A stretch of 64,000 bases of DNA from Hormiphora californensis (taxonomy: Eukaryota > Animalia > Ctenophora). Each line of letters opens with the position of its first letter. Position 1 is the first letter of the stretch. Where the stretch lies: NCBI GenBank assembly GCA_020137815.1, contig CM035356.1, positions 1,116,001-1,180,000 of the forward strand. The letters run 5' to 3'. The notes beneath the pieces are model-generated. The model was not told the DNA's origin and ran no database searches. It was given only the letters and a program-made list of their open reading frames with translations. The position numbers and the translations under genes were made by a program. This document shows, one piece after another, positions 1 through 31,169 of the stretch.

Positions 1-1155
1 GCCTCCAGGAGACTCACATAGGTGACAGGTTAACGGGGCCTTGCCATGCTACGCAGTCTGTCGTTCGCGCGATGAATCGCCTCTTCGGCTCCCGTAAGCT
101 CACATCGGGCCTTCGGCCGGGTGTGAGAGCCGAGTCCGACAGGTTGTGAACATTTCAACCGGGAACCGGGCTGTCTGGCGGTGCCAGACCCCGATTTGAT
201 TCTCAACAGTGCGCTCGGTTGGGGCCTGCGGTGCCAGACAGGACCGGGTAATTTCCCCTATCTGAAGTACAAAGCCACGATTTTTGGATAAAAACGGCCA
301 TCTTGGATTTAAAAAAAATACCTTTAACTTCCACTGAGATATATACGGTACGCACGCATTTCATTTCGAATGTAACATGAAAATGAATTTGCGCGTGACA
401 TCAATGACGTCATGAATCTACGCTCCCTCATTTAATTGGCAACTAATCGCACCGAATAGAAGGATTTTACTCCCCTTACTGCTTGTTCATATTCGAAGAT
501 CTTCTAATTGGTTTCCCATTATCCAGGTTCCAATTTGTAACTGGAAAACCATTTCCACCTCCAACAAGTTAAAACACAGATCTCCGGTTTTTTACTAAAT
601 AAATTTTCTCAACTTGAATCTGAGATTAAGACCGTAATATGGCGAAAAAAAGTTCGCAGTTAACTCACTCAAGGCCTTGCTATTGACACAAGTTATGTTT
701 CCAAACTCGGGAAAACAGTAACACTGTGCAAGAGCAGGCCCACGGGGATGGATAAAAAATAGATAAACCCTGATATAGATTTCAGTAGAAGATGGTTTAA
801 TTTTCTTTTTAAAGTGCTACAGGGCTTTCCAAAAAGTTGGAGCCAAGCTTTTCTCAAAGTGACCCCAACCTAACACCCTGTTTTATCCTACAAACCTACC
901 CTCGATAAAGGGGGAGAGAATTCTTATTTTTAATCAGTGACCAGACACAAATCATGTTCATTTTCCTTTCCAAACATAAACACACACAAACAACTTTAAA
1001 ATAGGTCTAGCGAGTGTTTAAAATTGCAGTTCAAAAACTAAAAAGCGGAAAAAAGCTTATAATAATTACGCTCAAAGTTGTTCATGTGTATTGGATTAAA
1101 AAATACTTGAGCAATCCGGTCTGGACGCTGATCATCTTTTCAGACATGTTTCGTA

Positions 1156-1223
1156 CAGTCGGACCCCGATTTACCGCGATGCTCTTGGGAAAGGATTTTG
1201 CCCGGTAAATCGTGGTTCGACTG
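1156..1223. mobile_element. Short Tc1/mariner(pogo)-type MITE (TA|CAGTCGGACCCCGATTTACCG...CGACTG|TA)
   Basis: Imperfect TIRs with TA flanks. Relatives at 2280-2409, ~16700-16786, 27055-27159, 50859-50940 and 55543-55699. Confidence 0.8.
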
Positions 1224-1401
1224 TATACAATATATATAATTATATTGCTAATAAGTTAGTTTCAAATCAAATATAGTTATTGACCACACACTTGTAATTG
1301 TTCTGTCTTATATATTTCAGTGTCTGAATATCGCACACGTACCCCCCTCAACATTGAATACTTTGAGTCACTTATCTCAAGATTTACACACCCCAACACA
1401 T

Positions 1402-13681
<12,280 letters not shown>

Positions 13682-14792
13682 TAGCGATACTGTTTACTAA
13701 TAATACGGAGAATAATAAGGATAATTATATGCTGCCTCAGAGGGTCCTAACACTGAGAGGTGATCTGAGGACTGAGCGGTCACTTCTGGAAGAGATTAGA
13801 GCCAGAATGTAAATAGATCAGCAAAAAAAACGAAGAACCACTGATAAATTTATCCAACAAACACACTGTTGGGCAATTATTGTTAATCTAGGTCACTTTC
13901 TCTTGAGGAATAGTTTAAATCTGCAAATCGAGTCAAATTTCGATTTTCGAAAAGGTTTTGTAAATTTTTAAAAAGTGCGTGGTTGGCAAATATTTTGGAC
14001 ATCAAAAATTTTCATTAACGATTTCGCCGCGCCGCGCACTACAATTTGCGACGTAGACTTCCATTTATCGCGCGTTATGCATTTTGAAAACAACAAATGA
14101 AAAGTCAAAATTGATGGCTATAAAAGGGATACAAGAACAATGAAATAATTTAATATGTGTCCAATAAATATACCTTCTATTCACTACTTCTGTACAACTA
14201 CTGGCGTTTGTACGAATACTGTTTGGCGGCACACGACCACGTTTTGATTCTCTACAGTCCGTTCAGATCGGGTTGGCACCGACAGACAGTTCGAATATAA
14301 TTACAATTTGAAAATATTTAGACACATCAAATCATATTTACATATCCTAATAATCCAATTCAAATTATTGACCGTTCTCTCCTCTGATATCTTTCGTTCA
14401 ACAATAATTATACACGTCTGGGTCACCCAATAGAATGTATGCTAAAGCAGTCCAAATTTACAAACAATTTAACACTTCCTGAGAGTTACAACCAAAATAT
14501 ATAATGTCCTTTTCTTTGTGTATAGTTATGATATAATTATATGTATATCGCTCACTTCACGTACTAATACACGCACACTCACTCGACAAGGTATAAAATT
14601 CTGTACAAACAACGTTGATATCCATCTCACAAGTCCCCAGGTTCTCGCAGTGATGTTCCCCCCTCTCAAGTCTCACTCCCTCAGCAGCTCAATATCTATA
14701 CATCTCTCTCTCTCCTTCTCTCTCTCAACATCTCTACAATGGCGTGATACATATCTCACTGCGACAGAGCAACCTAAAAACTCAAATCTACA

Positions 14793-18750
<3,958 letters not shown>

Positions 18751-20142
18751 CTGCAAAGGATAGGTCTAAAATATATTAGGATCAATGTCCTATTTCGCCA
18801 CTAGGATATTAGTTTTTAAAATATGTCATTTTTTTAAATGATTTGCAAACAGGGATAAGTATAATTCTAAACGAATTGGTATTAAAATCTGGATGAACTT
18901 GAGTGAGAGAGGTGTATGATGTATTTTACAATTTGCAGATGACAAAAAGAATCATTATTTCGTCATTTCTGTAGAAAGACAAACTAGAGTAGAGTTCAGA
19001 GTTAGGACGTCTTTCCAAGGTTACTGAAAGTCAGGTACAGCAAGCTGTTTTCTGTGTTTATTGGTTACCACAAGCTGCGGTCACTTGGTAAAGAAGATAA
19101 AAGGAGGAAACGGACTCTTTCTAGAGGATAAATAAGGGAAAGAACGAGAGAGAAAAGGCTGTCGCTGTCTTTGGAGTTTGGACACTTTATGAAATGATAT
19201 TTCCATTTTTGGAATTCAACTAATCTTACTGAACCAATCCGTAACATCAGAGCTACAGATTGTTGTTCATACATTTTGTGCAACAGCAGTATGATCTGAA
19301 TGAAGTAACCAGATGGAATGTCAGTACCCCTTATTTTGTGATTTGTGCTGCTTCTGACTCATTCCTTACTTACATTTAAGAAGTCGGTGTTCCTGTTTAT
19401 AATTTAAAACGTGTTTAATGTACTTTGCGTACTTATAGGTGGAGCACATGCCGACACCATGGCCCTGACTCATCCACGGTAACAGCTAAACAATATCATG
19501 GTGATTTACTTGGGGCAAGGAAAGAAAAGAATTTCCACAACTTAAAATGAACTCGACAACTTATTAAAATAAAACGCAACTCGACAACTAATAAAAAGGA
19601 AAGGAATTAGAGAACTTGAAAAACGAATGCTGCATCTGGGCACTCGTCTAGACGAAGCTGCTGTAAAGTGGTTCTGAACTACTCAATACGAACATTAAAT
19701 ATATAGTTACCTCTGCCCTGCCTACTTATACTACTTTGGTATTAACATAGATATGATATTGGGATAGATATTATATTATGTTATGCAAGAAAAACACGAG
19801 TTATTTTGGTGCTTGGAAATAAGTAACCGTATCTTTCAAATACACTTGGGTATTCTTCGTCAGTGGAGTAGATATGACATAATACAGTTCTACAGAACCC
19901 GCAACAGAGCCAAGAATGTAAATACGTAATACAGAGCTGCAACTAAGATACATATGAAATATTGAAAAACAGATGCCACAAGATAGAAGTGAGGAGATTG
20001 AGTGAAAAAGAGAGTTCTGTTATTAATTGCATTCATGCGCTCAGAAATGATTACATTTTTGACAAGCTGTAGAAAAGCTGCAACCTCAAAAGGTTAAAGA
20101 AGGAGGCAGTCAGAATAAATGATAAAGAGAAGGATGGAGAAC

Positions 20143-20272
<130 letters not shown>

Positions 20273-20983
20273 GAGAGAGAGACAGGGAAGACAGACAGAG
20301 AGACAGAGACAGAGACATAGGAAGAAGTGAAAGATCGTGGGAAAACAGATTGCGATAGCGAACCTAGCGATTATAGCTTTGGGCATGACCTATTATTTAT
20401 AGTGGTTATATGCCTCTGCTGTCACGGGCGAGACATATCTCAATTATGTCCCACGCAGCGAAATGTTAATATTGTACTTATTTGGAAGAGGCCCGTGCAT
20501 GAACCTATAATTTTACCCTTTAATTTAACGAAGCTAAGCTACCTATTTTAGTGTGGGGAAAACTTAAAAAAGCTACGTATTTTGAAGGCGAAGATGGTCT
20601 GAATCTTGCTCCAATCATATCCCGGTACGCTACCACAGAGGTTCACGATCAATAGTAAACAAGGTTACTGTAAAGCCGATACGATCTGTAAATCATTTTC
20701 ACTCTCTCCACCAGATGTGAAAGATAGCATGAGATGGAGACTGAGAGAGATAGAAAAAGTAAAAAGAGAAAGTGAGATAGATAGAGAAAGAGAAGGCGAG
20801 AAAGGGAGAGATATAGAGAAAGTGAGGGAGATAGAAAAGACGAGAAAGAACAAGAGATGCTGGGTGGTGTTATAGACAGTGAGATGTCGAGTGAGTTTGA
20901 CACAGTATACTATTTAAAGAGAGTAAAAGTAGTTGAGATTGGGTGAGTATTGATTGAGGAAAGAGACATCCATTTATCTAGTT

Positions 20984-21065
<82 letters not shown>

Positions 21066-22615
21066 GGGGGGGGGGGGGGTACCCACACGAAGTGAGACTG
21101 ATCGACATGCATATAATACGACAGTGTGGACAATATAAAAGTATAAAGGGTGAGAAGAGAGTCTCGACAATTCGTTGACATTGCTATAATAGAAGAAGAT
21201 TTATTCAAGCTATCTCAACGCCAGGGCCCAGGGGTGGGGGATGGGGGGGACTGAACTCTAGAACATTGAATTGTATACGAGATAAAACTGGATAGAAGTT
21301 ACCACTGCAGCCCACTATAATCAATAGGTGAACTTAGGGCCCCGGGACATCCAATAAAGGATAGTCCCATAGATAGATAAATAGGCACGTGGATGTGGGG
21401 ACACACCCATGATAATCAAAACATAGCTGAGGAACAAGGGAAATAAAAGAAAACATGGCACAAAATTATATATTATGTTGCAGCAAGACAATGAAAGTCG
21501 CACAATTTGTACACACAGCTAGACTGCACGTGGTTAAGCACCTTAACCACGTGGCAATGGACAGGTGTTCATTTAGAGAAAAATAGGGCTAAGGCCATAA
21601 GGGGGTGTATACTGTAGAGAGAGAGAGACAGCGAGAGAGAGAGACAGTGAAATGTGTCGGAAAATATCTAAATAGAGGGTTAGTGAGGCAAAACTTAATG
21701 TTAGATACATAGAAACATCAAACAATATTGTAGAAATTAGAAAAGATGACGCAAGAAAACTAAGGCTGAATACTTGGCTGAAAATAATAGACAGAAAATG
21801 TAGAATAGAGAGAGGGAGAGAGAGAAAAGGGAGAGTGAGAGAGACAGAGAAAGGTTAGAGAAATATATAAATTGAAAGGGGGACAGAGAGAGAAATATCG
21901 ATTGAAAGAGAGGGAGAAATAGAGATACCTAGAGAAAGAAAACAGTGGGTATACCAAAAGCTGTGGTAGAAATTAATTACAGATTAATTGTAGCCGTGTG
22001 TCCCGAATACTGGGCCAACGCAGCCAAAACTGCTATATTTTCTCTCATTGTGCCTCTATCCCTCTTCCGTCTTCAATAACCACGCCTATCTCAAAGGCTA
22101 TTAGCAATAAATCATTCCCTTTTTTTCATTGTCAGATTTACATAATATTATTATAATAGCTAAGGAATTAGTTTTTTAATATGCTGCCATTCAGATCTTC
22201 TTGCGGACGTCTGACGTCACATAAGAGGCTGGGGAAGAAGAAGAGAGGGGGAGAGGGTAAGCTTCGTCAGAGTGATTAAAACGCCAATAACAAGGCTGTG
22301 CGATACACGATTATGACACGAAAAAGATACCAAAAATAACGAGAAAAACGCCCCATCGATCTCACCACCTGGTGACTAGGCCGCAGAGAGAAACAAGACA
22401 CCCACACAGAGAGTTTCCCATGCAAACGAGTTACCGTGCAGGTAAAAAGCTGAGCAAGTTTGAAATCTGCTCGGCTCAAGATCCAGATGATGAACCAGGT
22501 TTGTAAAATCAAACAAAGAGTAGTGAAATGAAGTTAGGTTCCGTAGAATAGGGTATTTTAAAATAGTTTCCGAACGAAAGCCAAATAAAAGCACAGGACA
22601 AGTAAAGGAATGGAG

Positions 22616-22710
<95 letters not shown>

Positions 22711-23385
22711 CAAGGTGATACAACAAGGATGTTAAACTGACATCATTTAAAGGGAACACGTGGTCAAGGCAGGTATACATGGTAATATTGTACAATGTAC
22801 ATTCTCTCTCTATCGAGTCTATTATTAACATTCTCACTAGGTTCACGTTCTCCAGACTGCACTTAACATTTCCCATTTCCTACTCTTTGACGACATTTTG
22901 GTGTTCCGGTCTCATAATAAGGGTCTCATAATAGCACATCATATTCATTATATATTTCATAGTATTCTAGAACTGTTTCTGGTAGCCGCTCTTACGATTA
23001 GTCGAAGCTTCTAACTAATATATGCTTTTCGGTAAAATGTACAGCTTAGCGAAACAGAAAGGCTTTAAGAGACACTCGGAGAGCAAGAGAGATGCGAAAT
23101 GGTGTAAGTTGCACATAGTAATAATTATTATGGTGGTAGCCGGTGCCGAAGATTATACACAGGAGGTGGGTGCCTAAAGATGAGAGAGAGAGGAGGGGAG
23201 GATCTAGACTACGAGAATGGAAGGGGAGAAAGGGGCGCCCCCCACAATGACCCATCGATTATGCATATACATGGGATGCTACTGCAAGGTAACAGAATAA
23301 ACACGGCATCCTGGGGCAGGTAAATAAAAGTGGGACTGGGGAGAGGGAGAGAGAGATCAGAAAGAGAGAGAGAGAGAGAGAGATC

Positions 23386-23470
<85 letters not shown>

Positions 23471-23899
23471 TAGCGAGAGGAATAAAAGGACCGTAATTAC
23501 TACTATTATCTCCATGTTCCCAGTCCTAACCATTCATGCACTGTGCTCATGAGTTGTCTAACAATAGTATGTACAAGAACCCAAGCTTGAACTAATATAG
23601 TGAACGATATAATGAACCAGACTTCCAAAAGGAGATACAAAGACAGTTACATATTTAAATACGTCTTTCAGGGTAGTAAAACATGTACTGGTAGTGTATG
23701 TAAAGTAAAAGTGATATAAAGTGGACACACAGTTGCTGAGGTAAAGTGTGTATTGACTCTGGCAGACGCAACTTGTTGACACATCGTTATTTGGGATTGG
23801 GCGCAGGGAAGCAGGGAGAAAGTAATGAGATGGAGAAGTAAGAGGGAGAGATGGAGAGGGAGAACGAGAGAGAGAGGGGAAGAGAGAGATGGAGAGAGA

Positions 23900-23988
<89 letters not shown>

Positions 23989-24110
23989 AGAGATAGAGAG
24001 ATAGAGAGGGAGGTAGAGAGAGATAGAGAGAAACGCTGAATCTTGGCGGAGCGGAAGGCATTTGAGAAAGTGAGGAAAGGAAGTGCGGAAAAGGTTATCG
24101 ATTGTCACTA

Positions 24111-25147
24111 GCTGGTATTAATAAACGGGGATTCGCGGATTCGCGGATAATGTCCCGGATCGCGGATAAAATCGCGGATAATTAATCCCGGATTGGATCG
24201 CGGATTAGTAATCGCGGATAAGTAATCGCGGATAAGTAATCGCGGATAAGTAATCGCGGATAAAAATCGCGGATAAAAATCGCGGATAAAAAATTGCGGA
24301 TAAAACATCGTGGATAAAAAATCGCGGATAAAAAATCGCGGATAAAAAATTGCGGATAAAAAATCGCGGATAAAAAATCGCGGATAAAAAATCGCGGATA
24401 AAAAATCGCGGATAAAAAATCGCGGATAAAAAATCGCGGATAACTTTTTTATCTCTTTTTAGGCAATTTGTGGTCATCCTTAGGTGATTTTGATCGATTC
24501 CAGGTCATTTTGCTCATTTCTATGTCAATTTGGCCATTTCTGTACCATTTCTTGGCCACGTTGGTCAATTCTAGTTCATTTCCAGGTCATTCCTGTATAT
24601 AGTGCATTGTGCTAGACCATTTTCGTGTGGATTTAGATGGTTCTGGGACACTTTGGTCAATTACGAGTAATTTATGTGTATATTTGGATACTTTTAGGAC
24701 TCTAATGTGACCGAAGTGTCCTAGAACCATCGAAATCCACACGAAAATGGTCTAGCACAATGCACTATATACAGGAATGACCTGGAAATGAACTAGAATT
24801 GACCAACGTGGCCAAGAAATGGTACAGAAAAGGCCAAATTGACATAGAAATGAGCAAAATGACCTGGAATCGATCAAAATCATCTAAGAATGACCACAAA
24901 TTGCCTAAAAAGAGATAAAAAACGTTATCCGCGATTTTTTATCCGCGATTACTTATCCGCGATCCGCAATCCGCTATTACTTATCCGCGTTTACTTATCC
25001 CCGATCCGTGATCACTTATCCCCGATCCGCAATCCGCGATTACTTATCCGTGATCCGCGATCCAATCCGGGATTAATTATCCGCGATTTTATCCGCGATC
25101 CGGGACATTATCCGCGAATCCGCGAATCCCCGTTTATTAATACCAGC
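24111..25147. mobile_element. ~1-kb near-palindromic foldback MITE with (ATCGCGGATAAAAA)n arms and TA TSD
   Basis: TA|GCTGGTATTAATAAACGGGG...CCCCGTTTATTAATACCAGC|TA; the arms mirror each other up to ~24660/24710. Confidence 0.92.
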
Positions 25148-25629
25148 TACTGGATGTAGCTGTCGTTCGGCAAGTTGTCAACCGGTCAATTCAATTGCTT
25201 AAAATTTAATTTTCTAGAAGTGTCTAAAATTTAAAATCTTTTTAAATTCATCCCTTACTCTGTAGTCTTTATTTGACAAAATACCGGAATTTATGTAGCT
25301 AGCCAAGAGGAAAGTGCATGATCATGTGAGATGAGGAAAGAGCGAGAGAGAAAAAGAGAAAATGGGAAATGTTTGATCGTTTCAGGTTCAATAACCTAAT
25401 ATGGTAACGTTTAGGGAACACGCCCAAATGTCACTGTACGCCACTCAAAACCATTATTCTAAATGTCGAGATTCTCCTTACACTCAAATCTATTAAAAAT
25501 TCCAAGTGGATCACTGAATCACACCAGTAAATTTGCCCACTTCAACTTGACGTCCGGCTTTGAAACCAAGTCTTCTTGATCGAGTCTCGGACTGAACCCT
25601 GGAAATTAGAGTCCCCGCTACAGCTATAA

Positions 25630-26120
25630 CAGCAGTTACTAAATACTACTAATACTACTAATACTACTAATACTACTACTAATACTACTAATACTACTTA
25701 CGAGATATTTAATTTAATATTTAGTTGCTGTTGTTGTTGTTGTCCAGTGGGTTCGTGTGTTTGTGTGCGTAATAGTTTGTATTAATTTGTGATAGTCCTT
25801 GTGTATCACCTCATGCACGCCCTATTTGTTTATCACTTCATCTCACCTGCTGTATTGTAACGGTAACTTCAGTTCACTCTGTACTGATCATATGAGACTT
25901 GCTCCTCTGTACAGTGTTTAGTTTATTATTAAAGTGCTGATTTATAATTTTATGTTGATTGACGTGTGTGATTTTAGTTTTTACTATATATTTATAATTA
26001 ACACTATTTATTTTTGTAGCCCGATGAAGAGGTAGATCCTCGAAACTGGTAGCGTCATTATACCCGTCTGATTCATTTGTCCAGCCACAGAGAGAATAAC
26101 AAAAACTCTGAATATCAAAC
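25630..26120 (+). mobile_element. Possible Penelope-like element 3' remnant with a minimal hammerhead-like core
   Basis: T-rich tract followed by CCGATGA-A-GAGG(TAGAT)CCTC-GAAA-CTGGTA at 26021-26051. Confidence 0.4.
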
Positions 26121-26391
26121 TACTAATAAGCCTTCAAAGATTCTAAAAAACAGGAGCATTGACTTGTTCATACTCTCGCACCTCTCGACAACAAGCTAGA
26201 ATTTATGAACATTTGATTAGGTATAAACGGCGGCAAGTTCTCAGCCCAAGAAAGCACCTGCACTGCAGTCCTATCCTTCGTGGTTCTGCTAAACATACCA
26301 GCTGCTCAAACAACAACAACATTAGGTATAATCATCGACCGTTTAGATCGAACCATGGGACAAAACTGTACAGGTCCACGCCGAAACAGAA

Positions 26392-26476
<85 letters not shown>

Positions 26477-26635
26477 TGACGGTGACCCATTCGACGAGAG
26501 AGACAGACGGCAAAGAGCTGCAATGAATTAGCTGATTTGTCAACATACATACCACACCACGAGCTGCTGGTGTCTGTGAACCCCTCAGATTAATCTAGAC
26601 AGCAGGGGAGGGAATGAGAACTCATAAAGATCGGG

Positions 26636-26733
<98 letters not shown>

Positions 26734-26750
26734 GAGATGAGGGGGGGAGT

Positions 26751-26809
<59 letters not shown>

Positions 26810-29014
26810 TATTTTTGAAGAAATATGTAGATTGAAGATGGCGTACGGCATTGCATCTGTCTGACATATATGCACCATGGTTGCTCAATCAAATTCCAAA
26901 GACGAGTGGAGCTGCGTGGGACATCTTTTGATTAGAAGCCTGCTTTTTCTGTAGAATATGTATTCTGTAAATCTAATAAATCAGACGTAGACCTAGATAT
27001 ATGTCCAGTGAGAGAGTTATATGGGATAAATTGCGTTTACCAAAGAAAAATATACAGTCAGACCCCGTATTTACCGGCAGGATACACTTCCCCCGTTGTA
27101 GAAAATTAACGGGCAAAACCCTTTCCCCCCGAGCATACCGGCAGATCGGGGTCCGGTTGTAATACGAAAGGGCAACGATGAGATAATCCTTGGACAGATA
27201 AAAAGGAACATATTATATCGCGTGATGATAAAAATGCAAATGAGCCCCAGTGAAACAACTTAGCTCCAGCTAGATCTCTGGAGCCCGGGTCTAATATACC
27301 GCAAGGAAGTTGATGAAATGGGGAGAGAAAGAAAGGAAGAGAGCGATAGGTAGAGGTAGAAAGGGAGGTAGAGATAGACTGATAGAACGGGATGGAGGGA
27401 TAGGAAGGGAGGTAGAGAATAGAGAGAGAGAATGAATGAAAAAGACACACTCTATCTATTGATTATGCAAAACAGCAAACTTGGTCACATACCAGATTAC
27501 GAGAAAAAAAACAATTAATGCATGTCCACTGTTCAGAGTCAGTAAAAACAGTAAAGCCAGGCATATATATCAGGCATATATATCAGGCATATATATATCA
27601 GGCATATATATCAGGCATATATATATCAGGCATATATCAGGCATCCCAGACTCGCCAAAAAACTGCTACAATTCCTCATCATTCTTATGGACAGGTCACA
27701 GGTACATAATTATACCTTCTCATATAAGAACCAAGTTTCATTAAAATAGCTGGCAGAAATAGGACATTATATTATTTGTCTGAAAGGCCCAGAAAAAGTT
27801 ATCGCAGGAGTAGAATAGAAGGGAAGAAACAGCAACATCGAAACTATAACTATAATTACTATCCAATAGAGCATCATTCTAATTATAATGTTAGACCGTA
27901 TACAGAAGATGAAAATAAGAAATTGATTAAGAAGATATATTTAGAAAATGAGTAAGAGCCGGTAAGAGTCATATTGAGAGAGAAATAGAGATGTAGACAG
28001 ATTTTTTCGTAACCTTAACCGTATGGACTATGGAGATTAGTATGACAAATAAACCACCGCAAATACACTACCATGATTTGTAGAGAGAGGAATAGAGTCG
28101 AGAAGTGAAGAGAGTAAAGGATTGTCGTCTAATACCAAAAATTATTATCCAGTACTATCCGGTAGAATTGTGCAGATACACAGCTACAATTGCATATTGA
28201 GAAGAGAAAATGAATACCGAGCAAGAGTCAAGACATTAAATCACACGATCTCACTAGAAAGTTCAGAAGTATAAGTACTTCAATGACCGTGAGTAAAGTA
28301 AAATTACTACAACCGACATTAGACAGAAGCTTCTAGGGAGACAAAGCAACAAGATTAGAAGATATGAAATCGCCATACGACAAATTAAGCGCACGATCTC
28401 CCGTTGGTCATTATCATCTATCTCCTCCTTCATCCCTCCCTATCTAAGAACTATCTCTCGTTTTCTCGAGAGTTCTATAGTTTAGAAAAACGATCACTAC
28501 TGCCGGCGAGAAGAGGTAATCATAGGAGAAGGAAAGAGATGGAGAGAAAGGGGGAGAGATAGAGAAAAAAAAAGAGGGAGAGGGAGAGTGTGTCATTATG
28601 CAAAGCACCTCAGCAGTGACTGAATGACTGATTGAAAAATCTGAATAAGTGAGTTCAAATCTAAAATTGAGCATGCACTATGCAGTGTCATTGAGGTGTC
28701 TGAGAGATGGAAGTGTCATCAATACTATTAGCATAATCAATGCGTATTATATACTCAGTTCGTGGAATCTGCAGAAAAGTCAAAGGTCAGTGAGTAAGGA
28801 AGGAAATTGGAAACAGTAGAAGCTTTACGGTTGATAATGCTTGCTAGCTACTGAGATATGAAGCCCGGTAACTGGGGAAGAAGGCCCACTGAAATATCTG
28901 CTTGTAACCAATGGACTATATATAGAGGGAAGAAGAGTAAGTGATATGGAGGGGAAAGAGAGGGAAAGATAGATTGAGTGATAAAGAGGACCGGATAGTT
29001 TAGAGAGCGAGCGA

Positions 29015-29133
<119 letters not shown>

Positions 29134-29145
29134 CGATAGAGAGAG

Positions 29146-29233
<88 letters not shown>

Positions 29234-31133
29234 AGAGAGAGATAGGGAGATTGGGGATTGATCATTGCCCTAGCCAATCCAATATACTGTTTACAGATAA
29301 AACAAATGCAAATGCTCTTCCCAACCATCCCTCTCTTTCTATCTCTCTCTGAATCCAACCATCCCAACTTTATCCTCAATATTTTATGAGACATCGACGA
29401 TAATATTCATGTCATACGGATGCAATTAATAAGATATGCTGTGCGTTGGGCAAACTCAGAGTCCACATTTTGCTTTTGGCCTTGTCCAACCAATCCAAAC
29501 TGATCATCCAACCAATCCAAACTGATCAACATATTCTAAATATTTAGATCATATGACCTGATCCACAATCCAAATCGATTGATCGATACAAAACATGAAC
29601 AACATGAAGATAAGGTTGGCTCACTGGGATATATTTTGTTCATTATGCAATGGATGAAAAACAACGTGTCTAGGCCCTCTAATGACAAGATGGTTCTCGA
29701 ATACCGAGTTCAAGCCTTTCCTTTGCAGCTCCATCTGTCTCTGACCTGGTCCCTTATCAGGCTCCACTACTGATGGTCTAGCTTGTAAACACTAAATATC
29801 TTCTCAATTCTGGCGGTTTTACTTAGACCTGTGTCATCCGGTCTTGCAGTCATAACATCCGGCATCCCCCCCATCGGCCATCTTGTTTCCGTGATGTGAC
29901 CAGGCGAGGTGAATCATGAAATACATGACTGTCTCCCTCTCTCTCTCTCCCCATCTCTCTCTCTTCTTCTCTTATCGTTATGTTCATCTCTCTCTATCTT
30001 TATGTCCTTCTCTCTACTTCTATGTTCTTTCTCTTACTATATCTCTCTATCACGCACCCTCCCGTTAGACCCTCTATCTAGACTACTACACCTGTAAATA
30101 CCCCCCTCACTCCTCACACAAGCTGCACTGTATTTATGCACATGGACAAGCACGGTATTAGTCTTGGTCCCCCCAGAAGCAAAAGAATGAATTAAGCTAA
30201 TTTTGACTCTTTAGATTATTAGGTTAAAGGGAAAAATTTTACCGAACAACTGGAATGTAATAGGAAGGGGATTAGGAAGGGATTGTAGCAAGAAAGGGAA
30301 CTGAAGGAAAGGGATGAGAAATTTGGGAAGGAGTCTGGAAGGGAAGGTGAAGGGGGGGAAAGGGGAGGGAAGGAAGGGAAAGGGGAAAGGGGAAAGGAGG
30401 GAAGGGGGAAGGGAGGGAAGGAAGGGGGAAAGGGAAAGGAAGGGAAGGGAAAGGGGAAATTAAGGGAGCCTGGGGAAGGGCCCTTTAAAATTTTGGCCGG
30501 AGTCCGGGGGCCGGGGGGGGCGGGGGGGAAGCCCGGGGCCGGGGGAAGGGCGGGGGCCCGGAAGGAAGGAACCCCGGGGAAAAGGGGAGGAAGGGAACCG
30601 GGGAAAGGGGCCGGGAAGGGAAGGAAGGGGGAAGGGAAGCGGAAGAGGGGGGGGAAAAAGGGGAAAGGGTAAGGGGAAAAGGGAAATGGAAGGAATCCGG
30701 GAAAAAAAGGGAAGGGAAGCCGGAAGGGAAGGGAAGCCGGAAGGGAAGGGAAGCCGGAAGGGAAGGGAAGCCGGAAGGGAAGGGAAGCCGGAAGGGAAGG
30801 GAAGCCGGAAGGGAAGGGAAGGGAAGGGAAGGAAGGGAAGCCCCGGGGGCCGTTTTCCCCCGGGGGACCGGGGCCCGGGTCCGGGGAAACCCCAAGGGGC
30901 CGAAATTTTTGGAAAGGGGGGGGGGAAAAAAAAGGGGGGGGTTTGGGGGGGCCTTTTTGGGGGGGGGGGAAAAGGGGGGGGGGGGGGGGGGGGGGACAGG
31001 TGGGGGGGTTTTTTTGGGGGTTGGAAGCCCTTTTGGGGCCCCGGGGGGGCCGGGCGGGTTCCGGGGGGGCCGGGGGGGGCCAAGGAGGGAAAGCCCGGGG
31101 GAGGGGACGGGGGGGGAGGGGGGGGAAAGGGTT

Positions 31134-31169
<36 letters not shown>

